Source of the DNA: the human T2T-CHM13v2.0 reference genome, Homo sapiens
NCBI RefSeq assembly: GCF_009914755.1
Contig: NC_060925.1
DNA: 64,000 bases
Direction: 5' to 3' (one strand)
Of the stretch, positions 13,893-27,754 are shown piece by piece (the stretch's first letter is position 1; each line of letters begins with the position of its first letter). Under the pieces are notes generated by a model, which was given only the letters and a program-made list of their open reading frames with translations, did no database searches and was not told the DNA's origin. A program made the translations under genes and the position numbers.

Positions 13893-14128
13893 GAAATATG
13901 ATTCCCTGATTCAGGATCAGGCCTGGGAACTGTCTCACCTATGGCAAAAAATATGAGAAGGGAGAGGTATTTGTTATCTTATCACCTGGCATGCAAAAGA
14001 TACAGTAAAATCTTCTGAGGATCTCCTAAGGAGCAATGACATTGACTACTACTTGGGACAGAGCTTCTGGGAGCAACTCGCCCAGGGAAGCCAGCTGACA
14101 GAGAGGCTCACCAGCAAACTCAGCACCA
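13893..14128 (+). pseudogene. PDE4DIP: PDE4DIP-like exon A (NBPF coiled-coil-homologous), premature stop
   Basis: AG/GT bounded; KYDSLIQDQAWELSHLWQKI*EGRGICYL...TSKLST; TGA at 13954-13956. Confidence 0.93.
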
Positions 14129-15135
14129 GTAAGTTGGCCACAGGGCTTTGGAATACTCTCAGTCACCCCCATAGTTCCAGCCCCTGGTGGCCACCACATC
14201 TCCACTGTAACTTTTTAACCTAGGATCCTGTTTCTATTTCATTTCCTGGGGCTAATATAGAATGAAGACTGCTCAGTGGGGAGCATGGAGAGGAACACAC
14301 AGGGCTGGAGATGCCATGGTTACAACTATAGAAACTTCACCACTCATGGAATGTGACCTGTGGGGCAGGGGCAGCATCTATCTGATGCTAAGAGGGAGTA
14401 GGGGACATGAGATGGAAGGGCCTTGTTATAGGAGGAAGAGCCCCGAGCTAAGAATTGCAAGACCCAAGCTCTAGCCTGGATGCTGCCACCAACTTGCTAA
14501 ATGCCTTATCCTTGTGGTGCCTCCATTTATGGCATGGCAATGTACGTGAAGGTACTCCATATATGGATAAAGCGCCATGCTCTTTTATACATGGTTTAGG
14601 CACTGGCTGCAGTAGTTCAAGGGCTACATTGGTTATTATTGGGGTCCTCTACTCAGAATTTCCAGAGAATATCCAAAGGAGTAAAGTAGGATCAGACTTG
14701 GGAGCCACCTAGCCCACCTCCTGGTGGCAGATGCAGAGGTGGGGCAGGGCTTCTTGTCATCTCCTCAGAGACCAGTGCAGGTTCTGCATGAAAGCTGTGG
14801 TGGGACATATGCATTGGAGAGCTAGTCTGCACCAGGACTCGGAGGCTGGAGTGTCCCACAGGGCATCTGGGCAAGGGCCTCATGGTTAATGGAACAAAAG
14901 ACATTTTAAATGTTTTACCCTGATTTAGGGCAGAGGAAGTCATGATGGTGACCAGCAGGTCAGGGACAGTGAGGTCACTTCTCTAGAGACACAAGCTGAG
15001 GTCTCCCAGAATAACTGTTCTGGATGCACACATGAAATGCTCACTACTCTGTCTCCAGATAGGCTCCTGCATTTGTAATGCGGGAAGTGGGACCAGCCTA
15101 ATTTCTTATTGTTTCTTTCTAAATTTGGTTTGCTG

Positions 15136-15187
15136 AGGATCATAAAAGTGAGAAAGATCAAGCTGGACTTGAGCCACTGGTCCTCAG
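15136..15187 (+). pseudogene. PDE4DIP: PDE4DIP-like exon B (52 nt, small Olduvai/DUF1220 exon), acceptor lost
   Basis: KDHKSEKDQAGLEPLVLR; phase requires a start at AG-GAT but this is preceded by 'ctg', not 'ag'; donor GTAAT intact. Confidence 0.88.
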
Positions 15188-16274
15188 GTAATTCAGAGGG
15201 GAATCTGGGAAAGAGATTGGGACTAAGGCCCAAAGGGTCAAGGGTGGCGGCAACTCCACAAATCAAGGGGAATAAAGGAAAGTGCTAAATGTATTGAATT
15301 CATGCATTCATTGAACACCTCACTGTTGTTTTTAACTAAATTATTCCTTCCCTTTTGGTTTAATCACATTGGCACATTAATTCTCCAGGCTTAGTAACCT
15401 AGAAACAGTCTGAGCTAAAAGTGAACTAACTAGGTTTCAAGAGTCTTCTGCCCCACTAAGGGTCACGCTTTCCTGCTGTGTGTTTAATAAGTAGAATGAG
15501 CTTTTTGCAAAGTTGGCCTGCCCCAAGTTGGGTTGACAGCTAGTTTAATAGTCACTCAATTGCCCTGGGGGAAAAAAGGAATCATATAACAGGACCTGGT
15601 GAAAGAGGCCTAGATGGTGTAGATCACAAGAAGGCTGCAGTGCCTCAGGACCCAGTTCTCAGTGAGTTGCTTCATATAATGATCAATGAAATATGGGCTC
15701 AGAGTCCATTGTAGCCACTAGTTGGGGTTCTTTGTGTCATGCTTGTGTCTCAGACTACATAAATGCTTCTGAAAATATCTGTAGTGAAGGACACAGTGCT
15801 GTTTTTTGTTTTGTTTTGTTTTTATTTCTAATCCATCATAGAAACATACATGGTCTGAATTCACTTAACTATATGATTCCATTTATCATGCTCTTGGATG
15901 CTGGAACAATGGTTTGCTCTGCGTTTCTCAATGCTTGCTTTCAATTTTTATAATTGTCTTGTTGGAGATGGTAACAAACAGTTCGCAGGCTGCAACTGTT
16001 CCAGGGATCATACATTAAGCAGCAGTGCCTTAAAAGGAGGGCTAGCTATGTCTTTGCTTGTCTTCGGCATATTATGTGGCCAGAGCACTGGGTAGCTATT
16101 CTTTCTCCATCTACACCCCACCTACGCTCCATCCCTAAGCAGAGGTGGGTTATTTCTATTATTCTCTGCAGGCATGGTCCCCTTGGCTTACTTGGCTTTT
16201 CCTATGAGCCACAGTCAGGACAGGTTGGTTTGGGCGACCCTGGTTTTACCTGTTGTCCCCCTTCTCCCCACCAG

Positions 16275-16498
16275 GCTCAGCAGGGAGCTGCAGGAGAAGG
16301 AGAAAGTGATTGAAGTCCTGCAGGCCAAGGTGGATGCTCGGTCCCTCACACCCTCCAGCAGCCATGCTTTGTCTGACTCCCACTGCTTTCCCAGCAGCAC
16401 CTTTTTCCTGTCTGATGAGCTGGAAGCCTGCTCTGACATGGACATAGCCAGCGAGTACACACACTATGAAGAGAAGAAAGCTTCTCCCGCTCACTCAG
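16275..16498 (+). pseudogene. PDE4DIP: PDE4DIP-like exon C (Olduvai/DUF1220 precursor domain)
   Basis: RLSRELQEKEKVIEVLQAKVDARSLTPSS...EEKKASPAHS; cag/gt; frame open. Confidence 0.93.
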
Positions 16499-16603
16499 GT
16501 AGCCTCCACTTTCTGGGTGGTACCATCTTTGTCTAGACTGAGTGGAGAACTCAGGAAACAGGACTTATAGCTCCATTATGGTGTGTATCAGGCTGAACAT
16601 GGC

Positions 16604-18690
16604 TGTGGGGCCAAGTGTCATGCACAAGCACCAGTGGATCAGGATCTTTGCTCTAATCCTGACTCTACAAGTTACCCCTGTCACCCTGGCCTCCATGGGC
16701 TTGTACATGCTGTTGGGCACAAGGTGAGCCATTGTGGGGAGAGTGAGAAGATCACAGCCGACTCTTCTTCCTCGGCGACTCTGTCAGACAGATCTTCTTT
16801 AAGATGGAAAACCTCCTTCACCTCTCCTACAATGATCTTGCTACTTATTCCTGAGCAGTGTTCCCTAAACATATGTGGGTGTACACAAATGCTGCTAGTC
16901 TTGCCTGATAATTTTGGAGTTGTCGTTTTCATGTTCCAGAGCTCAGAGCACCACTGTCGTCCCTAAGGTGGTTTACCTCACTATAGGGTCTGTCTGCAAG
17001 AAAGAAAATGAACACTGCTAACAGTGCTTGTGCTTGGTTCTTTCCCTGAAAGCAAGACTCTAGCCCTGGTACCCCTGGCTAAATATAAGGCCAGGATTCC
17101 AGTTCTCTGTAGAACATCAAACGTTTTCTTTCATTCATGGGTTTTATAGATTCCATCCATCATTTGAGTCATTCTGCTGTATTGTCTTCTAAACCGTCAT
17201 CAACCAGTGCATCTCTGGGGGCTAAGGCCAAATCCAGCAGCAACCCCATCAGCTTGCCAACTCCCCAGAATCCCCCCAAGGAGGCCGACCAGGCCCATTC
17301 AGGTATGCAACAGCCAATGGGGCAGAAGCTTCATCTCCTCTTTGATTTTTCTTCAAGGACAGAGGTTTGGACTGTTAGGGGCGTAAATTCATCAAAACCT
17401 AGACAGAATCAAGAAACCACCCTCATTCACCAATTGTGTCTGATTTAAGAAAATATTTTAGAAAATAAGTAATCCACATCAGGTTTTGATCCGCACACCA
17501 GCTTTGACCAGTAGTTGGCTGACCATTTAAAAAGAAACATTTTTATTGGTTTTCTCTCATTTTATCCTGGGAGGAAAGAGGAAAAATGTTTCTCCCAGGA
17601 TTACAACAGCCATAGGATGAAAAGAAATTCACATCTACTGATCCACTGTATGTGTTACCCATTAAATCTGCATGGAGATCCTCCCCAAGAGACAGTGCTA
17701 CTTATTTCATAGCCAAGGACGCTGAGAACAGCCTCAGACAAGGTTCTGTTCATAGTACATTACCATTAATGGAGGTATGAATGGATTGGCAGTCCTTGAT
17801 ATGTACGTAGTGCATATCTTGGGGGCAGTTAAAAGGGTGCATTTCATTTACAAGTCCAGCTTAGTTGCCAGAGGGTACACTGCTCATTCACAGCCCTGTA
17901 CCAGGGGTGGCAAGGAAAAGGCAAACCTTGTCTTCACCTCCTACCTCCCACCATAGCTGGCTGGCTGCCTTCAGTATGGTTTGTTGTGAGGTTTGACTTG
18001 AGTAGAGGTGCTCCCAGAAAGCACAGTGCTTTCTTCTGCTGCCCTCATTTCCCTGAAGGCAATTCAACCAAAATCTTAAAGAAGAGGAAGTGTTCCAATG
18101 CTTCCTGAGCCTGGTTTCAAAGTTTCTAGGCCAGAGTGGGCAGCAGCTGGACCAGAATCATGAAGTAAAGCTTTGCTTCCAGAATTGTAGACATCTGCTT
18201 AAATGTTTTGGGTTCAAACAGAGCAGAAGATGAAGAATGGAGGATTTAAAAATCAGAATGCCTCCTCAAAGAATGTCTGGGCTGTGTTACCTGGCAATTT
18301 GAGTGTATTTGCAGTTTTGATCTGAAATGGTGTCAGCACTGTTGGGTTGTGTTTTAGGATGTAATCATTGTCTTCTACATTAGACATTCTCTATGGGTCA
18401 GCCTTGGTTTCTGCCCCCCACCATTGGCTACCTGCCCTTTAATTGCTTTTAGGGAAGAGGAAACAATTTTAAACATTGAAACTTGACAGGGCTTCTAAAG
18501 ATCTATCTGACAGAGTAACCAAGGAAGAAGAGTCTGCTGTGATCTTCTCACTCTCCCCACAATGGCTCACCTTGTGCCCCACAGCATGTACATGCCCATG
18601 GAGGCCAGGGTGACAGAGGTAACTTGTAGAGTCAGGAGCAGAGCAAAGATCCTGATCCACTGGTGCTTGTGCATGGCACTTGGACCCACA
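16604..18690. repeat. 193-bp inverted repeat; arms 16604-16796 and 18498-18690
   Basis: Manual ungapped alignment of arm 1 with the reverse complement of arm 2 gives about 12 mismatches in 193 bp. Confidence 0.95.
17150..17302 (+). pseudogene. PDE4DIP: PDE4DIP-like exon D (153 nt, phase 1-1)
   Basis: DSIHHLSHSAVLSSKPSS...EADQAHS; tag/gtatg. Confidence 0.92.
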
Positions 18691-19467
18691 AGGTCTCTAA
18701 AAACTTGTCTGTAGGTGGGCTGCCTAAAGATCACCAGGGAAGACTTTTTTTAATACAAATTTCCTGTTCCAAGAATTTATAATTCTGTAAGTCTACATTA
18801 ATGCCTAGACAGAATCAAGAAGGCCTAAAGAATCTACATATATTAAGAGTTTTTGCTATGTGATTTAAATGCCCAGAAGGGTTTGCAAGCCATTTTGTCT
18901 AAGCCACTCTACCAAGGCATCTATTTTTAATTTGGTGATTGAACACGTTGATTTGGAATTCTGAAGTTTGTTTCCATCAGAGTCCTCAACTGCATGCACT
19001 AGTAATGAAAATTTCCCCACAGCCTTTGTTCATCTCTCTCCTACTCAGGATGGGACCTGATGCCATCAGAGAGGAGTTCTAGGTGGAGAAAGAGTCTTGT
19101 CCCAAGGCCAAGGACTGATACATGCTGGGAGCAGAGCCCCAGGGGCCCTTGAGAGCATTCAGGCTCTCTGACTTTTCCATGCCCAGGATTGCTGGCGTGG
19201 GGCTCAATAATGCCACCTTACCTTGTTTAGCCAATTGCTTTCAAGATGAACACAGAGGTTGTATGCAGGATAGCCCTGACAGGGGAAAAGAGGGAAGGTC
19301 AGCCAGGCCAGATTCTCTGGTAGCAATGGTCACTCTTGGCTGTCTCATCCTGTACCACACTAGGTAATAGCCACTCTGCAGGGTGATGTCTGGTTCTCAA
19401 TCTTTTGCTCATTCTTTTCTCTCATTTTGATGATGTGTCTCTTTTCTCCCTAACTTTCTGTTTCTAG

Positions 19468-19649
19468 GCATTTTCACTCCATACCCAAGCTGACTAGACT
19501 TCCTCAGGCACCATTGCCCTCAGCTCCATCCAGTTTCCTGCCTTTCAGGCCCACTGGCCCTCCCCTCCTTGGCTGCTGTGAGACACCGGTGGTCTCCTTG
19601 GCTGAGGCTCAGCAGGAGCTGCAGATGCTGCAGAAGCAGTTGGGAGAAA
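19468..19649 (+). pseudogene. PDE4DIP: PDE4DIP-like exon E, frameshifted at its 5' end
   Basis: HFHSIPKLTRLPQAPLPSAPSSF...LQKQLGE; starts gcattttcac, 4 nt shorter than the recalled GFHFH reading needs. Confidence 0.88.
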
Positions 19650-20375
19650 GTGAGCACTTCTGCATTTGTGTGCTTGTGAATGGCAGCCCCACACTGTGTT
19701 GCTCTGCATGGATCGGGCTGGATGGCAGAGTTCAAAGAAACAATATGGGGACATGTTACAAATGGAAGACTGAGGGAAAGCTCTGCTTGCTTATTTTTTG
19801 GAAATGTATTTCCTGTTATTTCTCTGATGTGTGTCTCATCAGTTAACAGGTAGATATGTTCAAGAGGCTCTAGACCTGGTGCTTTCACACTGTAGATAGT
19901 GTAGGATATCACCAAGTATGCTGAATCCCTGACAGACTGGTGGACTGCTCATTGGTAGGGGATGGGAGGAGATGTTATGCTTTGCCTATGCAGGATGAAG
20001 TGGCCAAGAAAAAGAGGGCCACATTCAGTGGGCTCCTTTGTGTGGCTATTACACTTTTCTGCTGTGAAATGCTGTTAATCAAGTTCAGTTCCTGACATCA
20101 TTAGGTTGGAGCAAAAAGGGTAATGGTACCACAGTGTCAGCTATGGCATCTGACTGTGAATCCTATCTTCTGACTCCCAAAGATAATTGACCTTATATAG
20201 TTATGTAGACTGTGGACAGTCACCTTTTAGAAAATGCTAGATATATTTGTAGGCTGGATGCTCATCATAAATTTAGTATGCTGGTGGTCATTGATAGCTT
20301 AAAAAAAAAGACAAACCTTCACATGAATTTGCTCTCTCGTAGCACCTTAAGCACAACAGTTAGAAAGCAGTTTGA

Positions 20376-21032
<657 letters not shown>

Positions 21033-22996
21033 TAGGATGGCTTTGTCACCATCCTGCTTAGAGTATGGGGCTGAGATCAGCTGATCAAACTCTGGGGAAT
21101 CCTTGCAACAATTTTTTTCCTCTCTTTAGAGACCAGTAGGAGGTGCTGGTGTTTCTGACCCAAAACTTGTTACTTTAGCAGTTGTGGCACCAGCAATGGG
21201 TGGGCAAAAATGTCCCCCAAGACAAATGGCAAGAGTATTTTCTAGTTTCCATTTCTTCCTCTTGCCTCCTTTTCCTTTATCTATCCACATTTGTCCATTT
21301 GTCTTTGCCCAAAGGGAAGGATGGAAGGAGAGCACTGTCCATGAAAAAGGGTCTATTGTTTTGGGTTAAATTGGAATTACGTCAAGTCTGAGGTCATTGA
21401 CTGGAGATCAAATGGTCCCAGCCTAGATGAGGAAGATTGTAGCCCTTTCTTTCTCCACCTGAAGTCAAGGTCCTCTCCAAGGGCCATTGCTTATCCAAGC
21501 TCACTGTTTGCGTTGAGCCAATTTTCCGTGTGGACAGTGGTGCATGGCGGCCTCTCAGGTCCCTGGGTTAAAATCTTGTGCAAGAGTCTGTATGGTATCT
21601 TTGCATGGTTTAGAGCATGTACTGTGTATTGTGTGGCCAATGGACTGGAACATGAGAATACTGATCATTGTTACTGATAGACTTAAAACCTCACATGGCC
21701 TTGATTAAAAAGTAAGCTGACTATCTACAACCACTGATTTCTCCCTTTGCCTTGTGTTTGGATGGGGTTGAAGGCAGTTTGAAAGAGGCAGGAAATCACG
21801 TATTTGTTGCATCCCTTCAAAAATGTAGGTGCTTAAATTTTTAATCTTCTTCCTTAACTAAGTGATCCTGATGAATATCTAGTATTTTGCAAATTGGAGG
21901 AGAGACTCATCACAAGACTTCTCAAACTTCTGCCTGTTAGAATCACCTCAGTATATGTTTCCATACTTTCTCAGATGATTCCAATATGTACCAACATTTG
22001 AGAACCAGCTACAAATGGGGCTAAAAGCTGGCAACTGGCAATTACACTAACCCCTCCGAGGAGTTTGGCTTGGTTGGAAGAAACAATGACCTCACTCCTG
22101 TTGCTTAGGAGGAGCTACCTGTCTATTCTGCTGCCCATGTTCATAATCCCTGAAAGAAAGCAGGCTTCTGAATTTTCTCCTAAATTGCACTTCTGCCCAC
22201 CTCTTTCCCTATCTCCTCTATGCTGGGCTTCTTTTTACAGAGAAGTGGAGATGAAGGGGCTCAAGGGAAAGGCCTATGATTTCAAAGGGTCTATGAAAGT
22301 ATCAGCCTATGAAATGAAAGTCCTACCTGCCTCTGTGGAATAGTATTCAATGATTCTTTAGACAGGAGTGATGACATTTTGCAGCTCTTTGAGTCATGTT
22401 GGATGGGATCCAAATAAATACTTGCTTTACATAGGCCCTTCCCCAGCCTCAGCAAAGAGTTCTTCATTCTGGAGGAATTAGGGCCATCATATCCAGCTTG
22501 ACTTCATGTCCCCTTTCTCTTCTGAAAAACTCCAAGGTGGAACTGACATATTGACCGGTTAGTTTCAGGGGAAGGCAAGTACATGTAGACAAACAAACAT
22601 TCATGTTCACAGGTAAGCTCAATCCTGTATGCCGCTGCACTCACAACTTGTAACTGTGGGAGTGAATCCTACTTTTAGAACTTTCCTTGGAGTCTGTCAT
22701 GAAGGATTGTAGTAGGAGCCAGGAGCAGGGCCACTGGACTTTTCCATTGTGTATACTGATGACTTTAAGATACTTTATTCTCTACCTCTTGTGTCTCCTG
22801 CTAGGAAATACAAAGGGTGAGAATTACAACCTCTAGGTTACAAGCCTTAGTCTAATTGGTATACCACAGTGAACTGTGATCTCTGACATTCCACAGGTCT
22901 CCTTTTAGTCTCTATTCTTAGTAATCACACACTTCCTTGAAAATCCTTCCCTTCTGACACCGCATTTGCTTCTTACTCATGTTTCTTTCTGCCCAG

Positions 22997-23248
22997 GTGC
23001 CAGCACTATTCCTCCTGCTTCCACAGCTACATTGCTGAGCAAAGACTTGGAAGCTGGCTCTTCCCACTACCTCAACTCTGCCCAGCCTGACTCTCCTCCA
23101 AGAGGCACCATAGAACTGGGAAGAATCCTGGAGCCTGGGTACCAGGGCAGCAGTGGCCAGTGGGACATGATGAGTCCTCAGAAAGGGAGTGTATCCGGGG
23201 ACCTATCCTCAGGCTCCTCTGTGTACCAGCTTAACTCCAAACCCAGAG
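22997..23248 (+). pseudogene. PDE4DIP: PDE4DIP-like exon F
   Basis: ASTIPPASTATLLSKDLE...VYQLNSKPR; cag/gtaaa. Confidence 0.92.
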
Positions 23249-24466
23249 GTAAAGCACAAAGTGGAGATGGCAGCCTTTGAAAAGAAGTCTCATTCAGAGT
23301 CTATTCTTTTCCTACCCAGGCAGGACTGTTTCATTCCTCCTCCATCCCTGGCTCACAGAGTGGGGGGTATAAAATGAAAGACCTGTATCAGGGCTCAATC
23401 CTTTCCAAGTACGTTCTTCATTCTCCTGCCCAGGGCCTCAGAGCTCTGTAGGGATATGGGAAAGTCGGGGACCCACCTCTTGTGCTCTCATACTCATGTC
23501 CTTCCATCTCTCTGCAGCCTGGACTCTTTGCAGCCCAGCCTCTTTGCAGCCCACTCTCTTAGACCCCTCTAGAATGCCAGGCATAGATGGGACTTTCTTC
23601 CATCAGTCAGGAGTTGTCACAGGAAAGGGTGCAAGGGTGCAGCTCCCCAACCCTGCACATATATCCTGTGAACAAAATTCAGTCACAGCAAGTGGAGAGG
23701 TATAGCTAAGCTCATAAATGCTGGGATGCTACTCAGTTCCAACAGTAAGACAATCGTAATTTTCAGGAAAAGACTGAGCCCAAAGCAAAATGGTTCAGTT
23801 AATATCCGACGTGAGCATCCCTCTGACTTTTCTGCATCTTTTTCCTTTGTTTGGCTGGGGGAGGGGGGTGGTGTCATCCCCTCTCTAATCTGCCCTCAGA
23901 TCTCTAGATCCTTCCAGGCTATTCTTTCATCTTCTATATTAAAAGTGATTTCAGGGAAGCATTCAGTGTCAGTCATTAACTGCATAGGGTGAGTGTAAGA
24001 TCACATACTTTTACTTTAGGCCTTCTTTCTAAGGGTGGGAGGAAGGGCTTTGTCCCTTGCTAAAGAATGCTCACTCATGTGTCAGTAAGAAGAAAGGTAG
24101 AGTGAGGTCTCACCTATCATCCTCATAGTCACACCCAGGAGGTGGCCATACCTTTCCAGATGCTAGGCAGGCCTTGTCCAGAGCCCTCAGTTATTTTTCT
24201 AAAACATGTGGAACTCTCATAAGACCCCTGTGTGGGAGGAGGCCCATGGAGATGTTTTAGCAAGTGACTGTTATGTGTTTGAAAGCACATTGACTGTTTA
24301 AACAAACTACCATTCCTTTGGGTGTCCGTGTGACAGCACACAGTTGGCAGAAGACTAGTGATATTTACAGGTCTTGCTGCAAGGCCCCTGGCTAGGCCCC
24401 ACACCCACCAGTAACCAGGATTCTCCATCTCTCACCTCTCTCCATGTCCTGTTGGTTTGGCTACAG

Positions 24467-24598
24467 GGACTGCCCTGGTGGAAGAGCATCTTGGTGAAAT
24501 CCAGAACTTGCGCCAGCACCTAGAGGAATCCATCTGCATCAGTGACCACCTACGGGAGCAACTGGAACACCAGCTGGGCTCTACTGCCCATGGAAGTG
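24467..24598 (+). pseudogene. PDE4DIP: PDE4DIP-like exon G
   Basis: GTALVEEHLGEIQNLRQHLEESICISDHLREQLEHQL; cag/gtagg. Confidence 0.92.
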
Positions 24599-25265
24599 GT
24601 AGGAGAGGCCAAGACCTTCCTGTTTCTGGCTCTATTTAGGGACCTTTAGGCAGAGCTTCACAGATATTCTTTACTTCACTTGCTCCTTATAAATAGTCCA
24701 ACAAGGGAGGTGGGCAAGTACTGTTATCCCTACTTTCTGAATATATCTGAGTTTAGAGAGTAACTCTCTTTAAGGCAGAACTAGATCTGGTCCCCAGAAT
24801 CACCTGACATCTCACCCCATACTTAATCTGCTTATATACTGCCTGCTGATGTATGTGCCTTTGTTGCGTGATTGATAAGTGGTGGAGCCAGGTCTGTAAG
24901 GGTCCTCCCAACTCCACCCCTGGCCACTTTACCAAGGTGGCCTTTCTCCTTACACTCTCCTTCCAAGCTACTGTCACATGGAGGCCAGTCTTTCCATATG
25001 TTTTTATCTTGCCTATACCATAGCAGCAGCTGTTTAGGGAGACTGAGACTCTTGCACCATTGCAGTTACGGCATGTGATGATGCACGCAAAGAATCCACT
25101 GAGAAGAGGCACACAGAAAACATGTACCCAGACCCCCATGCTTCATTCAGGGCCAGGCCTTGAGTCCTTGGGGTTTTCTGCTGGGTTGGGGCAGTATCTT
25201 TGAGAGATAAAGAATGGGAAACTTTTGGAAGCTTCTGTTACCCAAAAGTATACTTTCTGGGACAG

Positions 25266-25385
25266 GATCCACTTCTAACTTCTACAGTCAGGGCCTGGAG
25301 TCCATACCTCAGCTCTGCAATGAGAGCAGAGTCCTCAGGGAAGAAAATTGAAGACTTCAGGCTCAGCTGAGTCATATTTCCAAAG
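25266..25385 (+). pseudogene. PDE4DIP: PDE4DIP-like exon H, premature stop
   Basis: STSNFYSQGLESIPQLCNESRVLREEN*RLQAQLSH; TGA at 25349-25351. Confidence 0.92.
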
Positions 25386-26349
25386 GTACATGGTCAAAAC
25401 CCACAAACTGTGGTCACTCTTAAGTTTCGTTCTTCCCTGGCCACACTAATCACCAACTGGAGAAGCAAATAGAAGAAGGTAGAGATAACAGAGCTACTCA
25501 GATCCACCAACCCAAACTCACAGCTATTCTCAGTCTAGAGAAGGCTGCTTTCTAAGATGTGCCAACTATGGGCCCCTCAGACTCCTAGTCCCCAGGAGTG
25601 AAGAGCTCTAGGAAATCCATCATTTCTGTACAACCCACCTGCATATATCCAGAGTCACCAGCTATCAATCTGGATACCAGTCTGGTATCTGTTCTACCTC
25701 CCTTCACTCACAACTGATTTGGAACCAATAAAGGAGGGAGTGCAAATGCCTATCTTCCCTCTCAACTTTCTCCAGACTTTATTGCAGCAGCATGTGTTGC
25801 TCCTGGCCCTGCTCTGCCATACCTCTGCCTCCTCACCACATCCCTCACTCATAGACTCAGGGCTCCTCTCTGGCCAGTACTCCTATGACTCCATGCCAAG
25901 TGGCACCAGCAAATGCCCCCCAGCACTTTCCCAGCCCTAGCCAGGGGGCACTCACAGGTGGGCATCATTTCTCGTGTGGCTGGGAGACAGCTGACCTTGG
26001 TGTTCGTCTACTTGATCAAATCAATGTATTATCGATAACAAAGTATTTTTATTCACAAATATTTATTGAACTGCCATAAAAAGACTGAGAGTAGTATCCA
26101 AAAGGATTAAGCCCAGAATGAAGGAATGCTTGTGGAAAAGGAAAACGCCACCAAGAGATATTTCTAAATTAGCCACCTAAATTAATTAATTAATTAAATT
26201 AATTGATTTCTATATTAGCAAGAAAATTTGAGAGGAAATGTCACTGCTGGGGGACGATAACAAAAGTTAACAGATAAGAAAGAGGGCAGAACTACTAAGC
26301 TACCATTGCATGCTTGGAGAGAATAGAAGAGACCTCACAGGTGAGAAGA

Positions 26350-26690
26350 CAGTAAGAGATTTAAATGAATACAGTTTGTCAGGCTCAGGTGAATCCTTCC
26401 CCAGAGGACTTACTGAGCCCGCAGCTGTATTTTTAGAGTGTCTTCAATAATCTTTGACAACTTGTGAAGATCAGAGAAGTGCTGCAAGTTCAAAAAAGAA
26501 CAAATATCCCAGTTTTCAAAATAATGAAAGTGATATATTCCAAAAAGAAATCTTGATGTTGATCTTTGTCAAAATTCAAGAATGGATTATTGAACAGATG
26601 GTATGTGAGCACTTGGAAAATGGTGAACATTAGAAACCAGAATTTCTCTAAAAGCAAGGTAGGACAGATTAAGTGGGACGAAAGGTTTTG
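26350..26690 (+). mobile_element. L3/CR1 LINE remnant; boundaries approximate
   Basis: Degenerate CR1 RT-region motifs (aataatctttgacaac, caaatatcccagttttcaaaa). Confidence 0.45.
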
Positions 26691-26876
26691 CAGAGAGAGA
26701 GATGCACCATTCTCCAGGCTGCGGTGGGTGTTGAGCCAGCATGCTCTTCCCCACCAACATAGGGCCTTCCTTCCCTGCTCCTTAGCTGTTTGTCAGGGCA
26801 GATGTGCTTGGGGTCATCTTCCTGCTGAGCTCTGACCCCATGATAATAAATCAATCCTCCGTGTTCCTCTCACCAG

Positions 26877-27066
26877 AGCACTCCCAGGAAATGGAAAGCC
26901 TGAGGGAGGCTCTGCTGTCCTCTCAATCCCACCTTCAATAGCTGGAAAAGGAGCTGGAGCACCAGAAGATGGAAAGGCAGCAACTTTTGGAAGACTTGAG
27001 GGAGAAGCAGCAAGAGTTCTTGCATTTCAGGGAGGATCGTCTTTCCCTCCAGGAAAATGACTCCAG
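26877..27066 (+). pseudogene. PDE4DIP: PDE4DIP-like exon I, premature stop
   Basis: EHSQEMESLREALLSSQSHLQ*LEKELEHQK...LQENDS; TAG at 26939-26941. Confidence 0.92.
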
Positions 27067-27754
27067 GTAAGAGGGGACCCATTGACACAGAAGGTAGCAT
27101 TCTTCATTCTTACATTCATTCTTACATTAGAAGAAGGGATATTGGTAAGACAATTGGTGTCCTCTTTTGGAAACCTCAATGTTCCCTCTGCTATTCCTGA
27201 TTTTTGTGTGTCAGTTGTTGGATAGGAAGGCGCTTTGAGCAGAAGAAAGTACTTCTCTGGGAATGCCTTGTCACTCCCAAGTTGAGAGAGTAAAACTCTG
27301 TTATAGAAATCTTCAGTATATCAGAGACATGACAAGGAAGGGTTCCCATGCTTCCAATTAGGTATAGGACATTAGTCTCACCATCGCCTAGGAAGCTTCT
27401 ATACTGGCTGTGATGCTAGGTCCCATCATAAGCCTTGTAACTGCTTGTCAGAATGAAAAGAGCACTGTAGGAGCAGTAAGGAGACTGTGCTGGTGTATCT
27501 GTTCTGCTCTGAACTAATGTAGGTAATGGTGTGTTTTCAAGCAAAGTTACTTGACCTCCCTCAGCCACCATTTCCACATCTGCAAAATAAAAGTGATGGT
27601 CTTCATGACCCCCTGAGTTGACATCTGGGGCTCAGATGTAACCCTACCCATAAACCTTTATGACCCTCTGAGTTGACATCTGGCTCTCAGCCTGTTGCTC
27701 TGGTGTGGCTGAGTGGCTCTGCCATTTCAGTGGGCCTTGCCGCTCCCTGGTCAG

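Noticed and set aside
16583-18660. Two similar ORFs on opposite strands (DQDLCS.PDSTSY.CHPGLHG) suggesting paralogous small proteins
   Set aside because: The similarity is fully explained by the intronic inverted repeat. The starts are non-ATG and no protein family is recognisable.
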